A stretch of DNA of 64,000 bases from a bacterium (GTDB lineage Bacteria; Patescibacteriota; Minisyncoccia; Phycocordibacterales; CAIZLB01). The position numbers and the translations under genes were made by a program. Under the pieces are notes generated by a model that searched no databases, was not told the DNA's origin, and worked only from the letters and a program-made list of their open reading frames with translations. Positions 46,891 to 55,648 of this stretch are shown here, in pieces (position 1 is the stretch's first letter; every line of letters starts with the position of its first letter). The stretch lies in the NCBI GenBank assembly GCA_037127815.1, contig JBAXXP010000002.1, positions 41,490-105,489 of the forward strand. Direction: 5' to 3'.

Positions 46891-48102
46891 ATGTTCAACA
46901 ACTTACCAAGCATGACTGCAGGGCTATGGGCCTTGCCAAATCAGGTTACTACGGCACTTCTTTCAATATCTGCGAAGGATCTTTTTGATATTGCCATTGT
47001 CGCAATCTGTATATACCTCGTTCTGATCTTCATTAGACAAACTCGTTCAAACTTCATTTTCAGTGCCATTGTTATACTTTTTGGGATTAACTTCATTTCT
47101 CAGGAATTTGATCTTGCACTCACTAGAACAATTTTTGCACCCCTTCTAACATTCTTTATCGCAATCTTCGTTGTGGTCTTTCAGCCTGAAATCAGAAAAT
47201 TTTTCAAATGGTTCAGTTCCGGAAGAAAGACAACCTTTGCTAAAGCGCTTTCTCTTCCTGAGGAAAATGCACAGACAATTGTTAACTCGGTTTTTGATAT
47301 GGCAAAGAAAAGGATTGGTGCAATTATTGTGCTTCCTGGACAATATCCATTAGACGATTTAATTGAAGGCGGCTTTCCACTGGATGGTCAGATTTCTAAG
47401 CCACTTATTTTAAGTATTTTTGATCCTACTTCCCCAGGACATGATGGTGCAATTTTAATTGAAGGCTCTCGAGTTAAAATGTTTGGCCTACACCTTCCTC
47501 TTGCTCGTGAGTTTGATGAGTATAGTAGAGTTGGAACAAGACACAGAGCAACGGCTGGAATCACTGAAAATACAGACGCACTTGCTATTGTTGTTTCTGA
47601 AGAGCGAGGTGAGGTTTCTGTTTCTCAAGGTGGTAAATTGAAAAAGGTTGCAACCCCTGAAGAATTGGCAAATATTATTCAGGGATTCACTAAAGTAGGA
47701 AGTAATGCATCAGAAATAGATAAGGGTCTTGCTCACTACTTCTTGGTTAAGAATAGTTACAGTAAAATATTTGCGATTGCTCTTGCTGTCATCTTCTGGT
47801 TCTTTGTTGTTTATACTGCTGGTGTTGTAAAGAGCACATATTCTGTACCTGTTGAATTTAAATATTTAAAAAGTGATATGGCAATTACTGCGGACTCATT
47901 GAGTACTATAAAAATTACAGTAACTGGAAGCAACAAAGATGTTGCGAGTTTAAAACCAGAAGATATTCACGCTATTGTTGATGCAAAAGATTTTAAGATT
48001 GGTACTAATGAGGTTACTCTAAAAGAAACTGATATTAAAATGCCGAGCTATATTCAATTGGATTCATTTACTCCAAAGAATTTGAATATTAAGACGAAGT
48101 AG
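46891..48102 (+). CDS. cdaA: Diadenylate cyclase CdaA (3 TM + DAC domain) fused to a CdaR/YbbR-like C-terminal module
   Basis: DAC motifs GAIIVLPG, PLDD, SPGHDGAILIEG, RVGTRHRATAGITE, DALAIVVSEERGEVS. Then an extra TM (IFAIALAVIFWFFVVYTAGVV) and a YbbR-like beta repeat. A TATAAA ~7 nt upstream of the ATG suggests a leaderless start; an alternative start is 46912. Confidence 0.7.
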   Translation: MFNNLPSMTAGLWALPNQVTTALLSISAKDLFDIAIVAICIYLVLIFIRQTRSNFIFSAIVILFGINFISQEFDLALTRTIFAPLLTFFIAIFVVVFQPEIRKFFKWFSSGRKTTFAKALSLPEENAQTIVNSVFDMAKKRIGAIIVLPGQYPLDDLIEGGFPLDGQISKPLILSIFDPTSPGHDGAILIEGSRVKMFGLHLPLAREFDEYSRVGTRHRATAGITENTDALAIVVSEERGEVSVSQGGKLKKVATPEELANIIQGFTKVGSNASEIDKGLAHYFLVKNSYSKIFAIALAVIFWFFVVYTAGVVKSTYSVPVEFKYLKSDMAITADSLSTIKITVTGSNKDVASLKPEDIHAIVDAKDFKIGTNEVTLKETDIKMPSYIQLDSFTPKNLNIKTK

Positions 48103-48109
48103 AGTAGTT

Positions 48110-48205
48110 GGGGTCAGGCGATTCAGCAGAATCGCCTACTGGGCCATTCAGCAGGATCGCCTACTGGGCGAGTTTGGTCTAAGATCTGAATCGTGTGCCT
48201 CACCC
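48110..48205. repeat. Composite long REP variant A
   Basis: GGGGTCAGGCGATTC-[two copies of a ~25-nt unit ATTCAGCAG(A/G)ATCGCCTACTGGGC]-...TGAATCGTGTGCCTCACCC. Confidence 0.7.
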
Positions 48206-48341
48206 TAAACTTATCCACATCGGTATTGTAAGACAGATTGACATTTCGTATAATATGGTGTAGGGTATAGATGTGTCTGTGGGCGTAAGCCTTGTTCGGC
48301 AAAAGGATTTCCTAAGTCGAAGACAGACACGATTAAAAAAG

Positions 48342-48368
48342 CACCTCGCAAGAGGTGTTTTTTTAATG
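48342..48368. terminator. Bidirectional terminator at the 3' end of the minus gene 48363..48839
   Basis: AAAAAAGCACCTC-gcaa-GAGGTGTTTTTTT. Confidence 0.55.
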
Positions 48369-48839
48369 CTTCATAATACTCCAAAAGATTGGATTTTGAC
48401 TATTCTCCACCTCAAGGATAATCACCCTGACTTCTACCGGTGTTTTTCTTCCAATAGTTGCAACTAGCGCATATTGTTTGGCTTTGACTTTTTTAGCATT
48501 CTTTTTACTATTTTGTGGCATGATTATATTTCTTTCTTCGTGAATTCCGATAGAGTTTTTAATTACAGGTACAGCCAATGGTACAAGGGTTAGTTTGTGT
48601 ATTTTCTCCGCAACTTTTCTAGGAGTTCCATCAGGTTTGTAATGGAGATGGTGAAAACCTTTTGCATTGAAAACAACATCTTTATTTAGTATAGGACAAA
48701 AAACTTTTCCTATAGACGTATAGGAAATTTTAGTTGCTGTACTTAATAGTTCACAGTGTTCAATTTGGTTTAAAATCACATCAAAAAAAATACCATAATT
48801 TACTATATTTTTCAATACCTTTTGGCAATGTGTACACAT
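48363..48839 (-). CDS. Hypothetical protein in a cassette bounded by long REP variants
   Basis: 158-aa ORF with N-terminal CxxC and no recognised domain, flanked by repeats at 48110-48205 and 48901-48980. Confidence 0.4.
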   Translation of the reverse strand: MCTHCQKVLKNIVNYGIFFDVILNQIEHCELLSTATKISYTSIGKVFCPILNKDVVFNAKGFHHLHYKPDGTPRKVAEKIHKLTLVPLAVPVIKNSIGIHEERNIIMPQNSKKNAKKVKAKQYALVATIGRKTPVEVRVIILEVENSQNPIFWSIMKH

Positions 48840-48900
48840 ATATGGCCCCTTTGATAGTATTAATATTAATGACTATACACATGCCACAAAACATCAAAGA

Positions 48901-48980
48901 GGATCGCCTACTGGGCCATTCAGCAGGATCGCCTACTGGGCCATTCTGGTCGAAGACCTGAATCATGAGTACCTAACCCC
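48901..48980. repeat. Composite long REP variant B (lacks the left GGGGTCAGGC arm)
   Basis: GGATCGCCTACTGGGCCATTCAGCAGGATCGCCTACTGGGCCATTC-TGGTCGAAGACC-TGAATCATGAGTACCTAACCCC. Confidence 0.7.
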
Positions 48981-48999
48981 AAATTAATGCAAGAAAAAT

Positions 49000-49027
49000 C
49001 CCCCGCGGCGCCATGGCGCCGCGGGGG
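49000..49027 (-). terminator. Perfect 28-bp GC palindrome terminator for the minus gene 49078..49776
   Basis: CCCCCGCGGCGCCATGGCGCCGCGGGGG, followed on the minus strand by ATTTTTCTT. Confidence 0.6.
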
Positions 49028-49077
49028 AAACTTGTTATCATTCACTTCATTTCAGATTGATTGGCTACGGCGGCACA

Positions 49078-49776
49078 TTATCGAATCGCGAAAGGTTGCC
49101 CCACAGCAATCCCCTCTGGTGATTCAATTTCAATGCTAAACCCGTAAGGATTTGTTGCGCCCCACCCACTTGCTTTCTGCACAACAAATTTATAAATTTC
49201 AGTTGGAGTTTCATTCTTCGGAAACTTTTTAGGCCCAGAATTATTAATACCAACTTTTAAACATGAATAGAAGTCATTTTGAACTGATTCTTTAATACCA
49301 CTAAAAGGATCACTGAATATCCAACTCATTACCCCGTAAGAAAACACGCCATTAGATAAAATGTACGCTGTTGGATAATCCTTGCACTTGATCTTATATT
49401 TAATCGTCACATTACTCCAATCAACGCCCGAAGTCCTGTATGTGATGACGTTACCATAAGAAGGGATATCATTCGGAATGCAAACAAACCTACTACCTGA
49501 GCAAAGTGGCCAATGGAATCCTGTTCCATTTTTCACCAGATTGGTAATCTTCCCACTACTATTCCTAACAATCCTATACTGAGGACTACTCAGATAAGGA
49601 ATAGAATTGAATTCATAAATAAAAGGGGAAATAAAAACTATCGCCACAGAAACAAAAAGATACTTTGGAATATATAAATCTTGCTGCACCTTTGTTTTCC
49701 AAAGGTAGGTATAGAGAAGCCAAAGCACAGCAAAATACACAATGCATGCGAGCATAACAAATACTGGATAGTACAT
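49078..49776 (-). CDS. Hypothetical membrane-anchored protein
   Basis: Two N-terminal TM helices and a Cys-containing soluble domain with no known motif. Lies downstream of the giant surface-protein gene on the same strand. Confidence 0.4.
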   Translation of the reverse strand: MYYPVFVMLACIVYFAVLWLLYTYLWKTKVQQDLYIPKYLFVSVAIVFISPFIYEFNSIPYLSSPQYRIVRNSSGKITNLVKNGTGFHWPLCSGSRFVCIPNDIPSYGNVITYRTSGVDWSNVTIKYKIKCKDYPTAYILSNGVFSYGVMSWIFSDPFSGIKESVQNDFYSCLKVGINNSGPKKFPKNETPTEIYKFVVQKASGWGATNPYGFSIEIESPEGIAVGQPFAIR

Positions 49777-49962
49777 GATTTTATTTAGTTGGAGTTGAAA
49801 TAGCTCAAATCACTGGCTGGGAATCAGCCGAGTCAAAGAGCAGTACATCGGACATAGTGCATCATTTATTGATGTTTTACAAGCCCGCACTCTTTGACAT
49901 TAGTTGTTTACTGATTTTAATAAAACCTAGATCATATACTAATCCAAAAAAACATGTTCACT

Positions 49963-52900
49963 TTATTTCTCTACAGTATTTGCCAAACTTGTGCACTTAG
50001 ACTCTAGAACAGCGGTTGCATTAGACTTAATAATTGCTCCGGTAGAAGATGTACCACTATTGTAATCCACACTACATGATAACGTATGTTTACCTACATT
50101 TTTTTGAACATCCTTAAACATTTTTCCACCGGTTGAGCTAGGTAGAAGACTTACACTTACCCCATCAATTGAACACGCTATTACATTAATACCTCTATAA
50201 GTTTTACCATCTGACATAACAATAGTAGGATCTATTTGACCAAGATATGCGCATTTTTTTGTTGTCTGATTTGCCCATGGTGGATTTGCTTTAAAACTCA
50301 TTCCACTCTCTATAGTTAGACCAGCACTTGTGCCAGTGCCAGTAGCACCATCTTCACCCAACTTAGGACATGCTGGGGTAATATTATCTACCCAAGTCTG
50401 GTCCCCCATTGGCTTCCCAGAGTATATTGCCCTAATACCAAATGAGACATTTGTATTATTTAGATATTGAGAAATATCTACAGTTGTACCTGTTATAATT
50501 TTGTGTACGGAGGTTAAATCAGTTTTATTTTTAACTTCAAAATCATAGCTTGTAGCATCTGGAACAGTATTCCAAGATAGGTTTGGGGATACACAATAGA
50601 ATAATGCTTGGACTTTAGGTTTATCAGAGACAGTTATAGCAAAAGATTTCCAAGCCGATGAAATACCGCTAACAGTTTCCGTAGCTTTGACTCTAAAAGT
50701 AAAATTTCCTTTTGCGTTCCATGTATTGGATGATGAAACCTCTACACCAGGTAGTACGGGCGTGCTTGTAGATACTTTAGTACCATCATTATTCCAATCA
50801 AATGTATATACGAATTTAGGCCCTGTATCAGCCTGTGCAAAAACTTTTTTGAAAGCAAAAATTATTGATGCAAGAAATGAAGTATTTTCTTTTTTTGCGA
50901 CAGGATTCAAATGAGACACAGCTGTATATGTTGTTGATAATCCGAGTGAAACAGCTGTTGGGCCGGTGACAGTTGGAGGTGAGATAGATAACGCTGCTGT
51001 GGGAGGAACAGTAATGGCGTAGGTGATTGGAGCGAAGGAGAAAGCATAGCCTGCTATCGTACTTTGGTCTCTGCTGAGCTGAGATTCGCATATATCATAG
51101 TAATCACATACGGTAGTGATAACATTAACATTGACTACACCGAAACCATTACTATGACCTCCAAAATAATCTTGATACAAAGTATACAAGTACGTAGCTT
51201 CTGACACATAACCATATGGAGTAATCCAGGAAAACATATTATATGCAAAATTGTAAGCAGCGATGTTAGTTTTTGCAAATCTACCAGGAATACACCCTAT
51301 ATTTTGTCCTGCCCAAGGATCAAAATGCTTATACCAAACAAATGTCCAATGAAACATATCACAAGTATTGATAGTATTACTTGTCTCATGTTGTACATCT
51401 GAAAAAGAAACCGTAATATTAGCACTACCAGGGCCGACTGCTGTACATTTATTTGACTCACAAGATACAACATTTGAATCATTCGACGTTAAAGTGGTAG
51501 TACCTGATTCTAAGGGAACTCCCACATTAAAACTTCCATACTCAAGATGTGAATACCACCCACTTTCAAAAGTCATCTCCCACGTTTGATAATCACTCTT
51601 ATAATAATTATTCCCATCCATCGGAGAAACTCCTCCATACGACGGATCATAAAGATACCAATATCCCTGTGATGGTAACGATGTGGCATTAATTACTTCT
51701 CCTACTGTTAGTAAACTTGTAGTTGCGTCATCTAGATTAACCCCAGATTTAATTAAGTTAAAATACTTAGATATTTTTCCACCCAAAGAAAAACTCCACG
51801 GGTCAGCAGGTGCATTATATCCAGTCCAAGATCCCCCTTGAGGCAGGTCAACACTAAAATCTGCGGTCCTTGTTGCTGCCTCCGTCTTATGAGAAAACGT
51901 AGGTGCGTAAAACGAAATGGAAAACAAAACAAACATCAACATTACTACACCACCCAAACTTCTCTTATTCCCCTTTACATTTATTTTATTTTTAATACTC
52001 ATCCACACTATCACTCCAAAAAATACTAATACAATTATTCCACCCAAGGCATACAAAATCCACGTCCAATAATCGACTTTGTAAACTGGGCATAATTTAG
52101 GATCAATATCCTTACATTTATAATTATCCTCGATCTTGTCTATCACATTACCATTGCTGTCTGTTATGGTTGTGATAGTTTTAAAGTTCACTAAATCTTT
52201 CTTAGGTGTAAACTTGCCAGCAATAGTCTCTATGATTCTACCAATTTTTCCGTTGTATTGCGTTTCTGAAATAACATTATTTTGATCATCAAATAAAACA
52301 GTATCGATATTTACAGGGTTTAATGCGTTTTGATTTGATCCATTTTGAAAACAAGTAAACAGTACTGCTTCTTGGCCGACTTTAATTGGGTACGTATTCA
52401 CGCCAAAATTATTTATTCTTGGATAATCAAAACCAGAAACAGTGAACCTTATATTAGATTCCGTTTTAACACTATAGATGCTTCTATCATTTTTCAAATT
52501 AGTATTATCAGCTTTTATATTCAAAAAATAAACCGGCGCGTCTATCTTCTTTGTCGTATATACCAAATTAACCTTACTATTTTCTGGAACTATTACCTCC
52601 TCTGTTTTTGTATCCACTTTATTTTTTTCCAATAATCCATCCCATTTATATAGAGAATATACCACTGTCATTTTTTCAGCAGTATTTGAAGGGTTAACTA
52701 ATAATATAGAAACATCTACTTTTTTACTATTGTCCTGATTAGACGCAAAAGACGACGTGTCATAAGGTTTATTATTCAGCGTGATTTTAGTTTGATCCAA
52801 ATAAATTTGTTGAGTATTATCTCCTTCAACTCTAAAACCTAGGTTTGAAGCTGTTGCATTATTTGTAAAAGATAGTCCAGATTGATTAAATCTATCGTCA

Positions 52901-53535
52901 TTATATACATAAAATAATATCTTATAATTACCCTTTGGCGAATTTAATGGCAGTACATGAGAGTAATTAACTGCAAGACTTTTACCAGCACCTAACGTTA
53001 TATTTTCTACTATATTAAAATCTTCCAACGTAATAATTTCTGATCTTAAATATTCTGGATTTGGAATATCCTTTACCAGCCTAGCTCTAACGGTTAGATT
53101 TGTGATTGGATATTTATTATTATTTTTTATTACACCACGAATAATCATAACATCTCCAGGATTGTATGTGTTCATATCATTAGTAAGATCTACATCAACA
53201 CTACCAAAAGTTGAGTAATCGGTACACTGAGCTGGTTGACCTTGCTTGTATGCTGTTAAATCTACCGTTGTAGTCGCCTTTTGATTTCTAAAAATAAATG
53301 AAGAGCTTGCATTTAGAAGCAATTGCTTGTAAGTAGATGATGAGACTAAAGCCCTGTCTGGTAAGTATAAAATAGGACGAGTAGTTGTTGCAAAATTATA
53401 TGTATGAGCATTTTTTTGATCTAACCTGAACCCATTCTTGTCATAGATTTTTGGATCAAGTTTAGTTTGAGCAAAAACAGAGGTAGATACACTTAACAAA
53501 ATCAATGCAAATAGCAGCAAAAAAATCTTTTTCAT
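49963..53535 (-). CDS. Giant (1190 aa) secreted/surface protein with signal peptide, internal TM segments and beta-rich Ser/Thr/Asn-rich domains
   Basis: Signal peptide MKKIFLLLFALILLSVSTSVFA, two hydrophobic segments near residues ~490-545, and a C-terminal region with an FN3-like signature (SWNTVPDATSYDFEV). Confidence 0.7.
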   Translation of the reverse strand: MKKIFLLLFALILLSVSTSVFAQTKLDPKIYDKNGFRLDQKNAHTYNFATTTRPILYLPDRALVSSSTYKQLLLNASSSFIFRNQKATTTVDLTAYKQGQPAQCTDYSTFGSVDVDLTNDMNTYNPGDVMIIRGVIKNNNKYPITNLTVRARLVKDIPNPEYLRSEIITLEDFNIVENITLGAGKSLAVNYSHVLPLNSPKGNYKILFYVYNDDRFNQSGLSFTNNATASNLGFRVEGDNTQQIYLDQTKITLNNKPYDTSSFASNQDNSKKVDVSILLVNPSNTAEKMTVVYSLYKWDGLLEKNKVDTKTEEVIVPENSKVNLVYTTKKIDAPVYFLNIKADNTNLKNDRSIYSVKTESNIRFTVSGFDYPRINNFGVNTYPIKVGQEAVLFTCFQNGSNQNALNPVNIDTVLFDDQNNVISETQYNGKIGRIIETIAGKFTPKKDLVNFKTITTITDSNGNVIDKIEDNYKCKDIDPKLCPVYKVDYWTWILYALGGIIVLVFFGVIVWMSIKNKINVKGNKRSLGGVVMLMFVLFSISFYAPTFSHKTEAATRTADFSVDLPQGGSWTGYNAPADPWSFSLGGKISKYFNLIKSGVNLDDATTSLLTVGEVINATSLPSQGYWYLYDPSYGGVSPMDGNNYYKSDYQTWEMTFESGWYSHLEYGSFNVGVPLESGTTTLTSNDSNVVSCESNKCTAVGPGSANITVSFSDVQHETSNTINTCDMFHWTFVWYKHFDPWAGQNIGCIPGRFAKTNIAAYNFAYNMFSWITPYGYVSEATYLYTLYQDYFGGHSNGFGVVNVNVITTVCDYYDICESQLSRDQSTIAGYAFSFAPITYAITVPPTAALSISPPTVTGPTAVSLGLSTTYTAVSHLNPVAKKENTSFLASIIFAFKKVFAQADTGPKFVYTFDWNNDGTKVSTSTPVLPGVEVSSSNTWNAKGNFTFRVKATETVSGISSAWKSFAITVSDKPKVQALFYCVSPNLSWNTVPDATSYDFEVKNKTDLTSVHKIITGTTVDISQYLNNTNVSFGIRAIYSGKPMGDQTWVDNITPACPKLGEDGATGTGTSAGLTIESGMSFKANPPWANQTTKKCAYLGQIDPTIVMSDGKTYRGINVIACSIDGVSVSLLPSSTGGKMFKDVQKNVGKHTLSCSVDYNSGTSSTGAIIKSNATAVLESKCTSLANTVEK

Positions 53536-53596
53536 GGTGAAAATTATATCATAAACAAATAAATAATTTAACTATTATATAGTGTATAATAGTTAG

Positions 53597-54451
53597 ATGA
53601 AACTAATTACAAAAGTTTTAATATCACTGATTCCAATATTTGTAGTTTTTTTATATGGCATAATTGGCATCAAACTCTCCCCTACGTATGCAGAAGCAAG
53701 CGTTGCTCCAAAAATTAAAATACTAATCGTAGCGGGTCATGAACCAGATTACGGTGGTGCAATTTATAAGACATTGAAGGAGAGAGAATTGAATTTGCAG
53801 CTGGCTGAGAAAATCGTAAAGAATCTTGAGAAAAACCCAAGATATGATGTTGTGGTTTCAAGAGATGATAAAGGCTGGAATCCTGAACTACAGTCATATG
53901 TCACAGACAACAAAGAAACAATCTTGTCATGGTCTGCAGACAAAAAACACGTAAGGAATTTTTTAACGGCAATAGGTGGGGCCTCTGTTATAAATTCCAA
54001 AATGGGTCATGTAACAGCAAATGCAACATCTTCGCTTTATCTATTTGGAATAAACAAATGGGCCAACGATACAAAGGTTGATATGGCAATCAATATTCAC
54101 TTTAATGATAATTTAAAGTATAAAGGCAAGCCAAATTTTGAAGGATTCTCAATTTATATACCAGAAAGACAATATTCAAATTTTGCACCTAGTAAGAAGT
54201 TTGCATGGGGTCTACTTGATGAAATGTTGAAAATAAACAGAATTAGTTCCATGAAGGAAGAAAGCGATGGTATTATCGAGGATCAAGAGCTAATTGCATT
54301 AGGAGTTAATAATACCGCTAATGAACCGTCGGTCATTGTTGAATATGCATATATATACGAGAAATTTATGCAGAAAAAGAAAACAAGAGATGCCTACATT
54401 AATAAAGCAGCATCATCAACAGTGCTTGCGATAAATAAATATTTTAAATAG
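53597..54451 (+). CDS. N-acetylmuramoyl-L-alanine amidase (Amidase_3-like)
   Basis: N-terminal TM, KILIVAGHEPDYGGA, ...VDMAINIHFND and a conserved E, consistent with the zinc amidase family 3 pattern. Divergent from the giant protein gene. Confidence 0.5.
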   Translation: MKLITKVLISLIPIFVVFLYGIIGIKLSPTYAEASVAPKIKILIVAGHEPDYGGAIYKTLKERELNLQLAEKIVKNLEKNPRYDVVVSRDDKGWNPELQSYVTDNKETILSWSADKKHVRNFLTAIGGASVINSKMGHVTANATSSLYLFGINKWANDTKVDMAINIHFNDNLKYKGKPNFEGFSIYIPERQYSNFAPSKKFAWGLLDEMLKINRISSMKEESDGIIEDQELIALGVNNTANEPSVIVEYAYIYEKFMQKKKTRDAYINKAASSTVLAINKYFK

Positions 54452-54461
54452 CTTTGAATTT

Positions 54462-54489
54462 GGGGTCAGACACCATGGTGCCTGACCCC
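54462..54489. repeat. REP-like palindrome (copy)
   Basis: GGGGTCAGACACCATGGTGCCTGACCCC. Confidence 0.8.
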
Positions 54490-54497
54490 AAATTCAT

Positions 54498-54845
54498 CTA
54501 TAGACCTAACTCTTTCTGTCGAGGATCATACCCATGAGAATGTCTTTCATGATCATGATGTTCTGGGTGTGATAATATATCAAATTTACCATCAGCCTCT
54601 GTAACATACTCTCTAACAGTTTTACCATCTATATCGTTGTACTCAACATAAAACTCGCCAACTCCCCCTTTCAAATCTTTTTTTGGAATAAATATATGAG
54701 TTCCATCAGGATATGTTACGTAAATATTTGGACTCAATTCCTCCTCTGGCGCAGCTGCAATTAGTGGATCTATTGATTCTGCGATGTGACGCATTTCTGG
54801 ATCAAAAGTTTCCCTATTATCAAAATTTGGTATTCCATTTGGCAT
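54498..54845 (-). CDS. Hypothetical protein with His-rich C-terminus, bracketed by two REPs
   Basis: 115 aa, ending ...HPEHHDHERHSHGYDP. Confidence 0.35.
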   Translation of the reverse strand: MPNGIPNFDNRETFDPEMRHIAESIDPLIAAAPEEELSPNIYVTYPDGTHIFIPKKDLKGGVGEFYVEYNDIDGKTVREYVTEADGKFDILSHPEHHDHERHSHGYDPRQKELGL

Positions 54846-54866
54846 ATTTTATATTATACCTTATTT

Positions 54867-54894
54867 GGGGTCAGGCACCATGGTGCCTGACCCC
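54867..54894. repeat. REP palindrome immediately upstream of the RAYT gene
   Basis: GGGGTCAGGCACCATGGTGCCTGACCCC. Confidence 0.85.
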
Positions 54895-54962
54895 AAAAGT
54901 TATCCACAACCATAGTATAAAATCTTTGGCTTTTCTTTTATTTCAATTCTTATGATTTACTC

Positions 54963-55559
54963 ATGCCAAGACAACCAAGAGTTGATATTGCTAATAATTA
55001 TTATCACTGCATTAATCGTGCAAGCGCTAGATTAAAGATTAATTTTAATGATGATGATTTTAGATTAATAATAAAAGTGCTTTTTGAAGCACAAAAAAAA
55101 TTTAATATTGATATATTAGCATTTGCTATAATGAATAATCACTTTCATTTAGTCATAAAAACAAATCAAGATAAACAAATGTCTCAATTCATGAAATGGT
55201 TTACCTTTGTTCATACTAAAAGATGGCATTTTATAAACAAGACAGCCGGAACCGGACATCTATATCAAGGCAGATACAAGTCATTTATAATTTTAGATCA
55301 GAGACATCTGGAAACCGTCATCAGATATGTTGAAAGAAACCCTTTAACGGCAAATATTGTCAAGAATATACTAGACTGGAAATACTCAAGTTTATATCAG
55401 AGATATGTTTCAAATAAAGTGAATTCTATAGCACAGACTCAAATGCAAATAAAATTAGCTGATTGGCCCTATAATGAATCAATAGATTATTTGAAAAATC
55501 TTATTGAACCATACACAAATAAGGAAATAGAGAAAGCTCTTGAGTCAGAAATGGAGTAA
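54963..55559 (+). CDS. REP-associated tyrosine transposase (RAYT; HUH/Y1 transposase, COG1943 / IS200-like family)
   Basis: NYYHCINRASAR..., HUH motif NHFHLVIKT, and the hallmark GHLYQGRYKSFIILDQRHLETVIRYVERNPLTANIV...YSSLYQRY. Confidence 0.8.
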   Translation: MPRQPRVDIANNYYHCINRASARLKINFNDDDFRLIIKVLFEAQKKFNIDILAFAIMNNHFHLVIKTNQDKQMSQFMKWFTFVHTKRWHFINKTAGTGHLYQGRYKSFIILDQRHLETVIRYVERNPLTANIVKNILDWKYSSLYQRYVSNKVNSIAQTQMQIKLADWPYNESIDYLKNLIEPYTNKEIEKALESEME

Positions 55560-55563
55560 TTTT

Positions 55564-55591
55564 AGGGTCAGGCACCGTGGTGCCTGACCCT
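55564..55591. repeat. REP palindrome immediately downstream of the RAYT gene
   Basis: AGGGTCAGGCACCGTGGTGCCTGACCCT. Confidence 0.8.
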
Positions 55592-55648
55592 AAAAAACAA
55601 TCAAAAACCCCTCCGCGGTTGCGGAAGGGGTGTAATACATTTTACAGT

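Larger units (their letters stand above)
54867..55591 (+). mobile_element. REPtron: REP - RAYT transposase gene - REP
   Basis: A Y1/HUH transposase-like gene flanked at 54867-54894 and 55564-55591 by the same palindrome family that is dispersed through the window. Confidence 0.65.

Noticed and set aside
46650-46988. Plus-strand 112-aa ORF.
   Set aside because: It runs through the 31-bp palindrome, the half REP and the promoter, then overlaps the cdaA start in another frame. It is a repeat-driven artefact.
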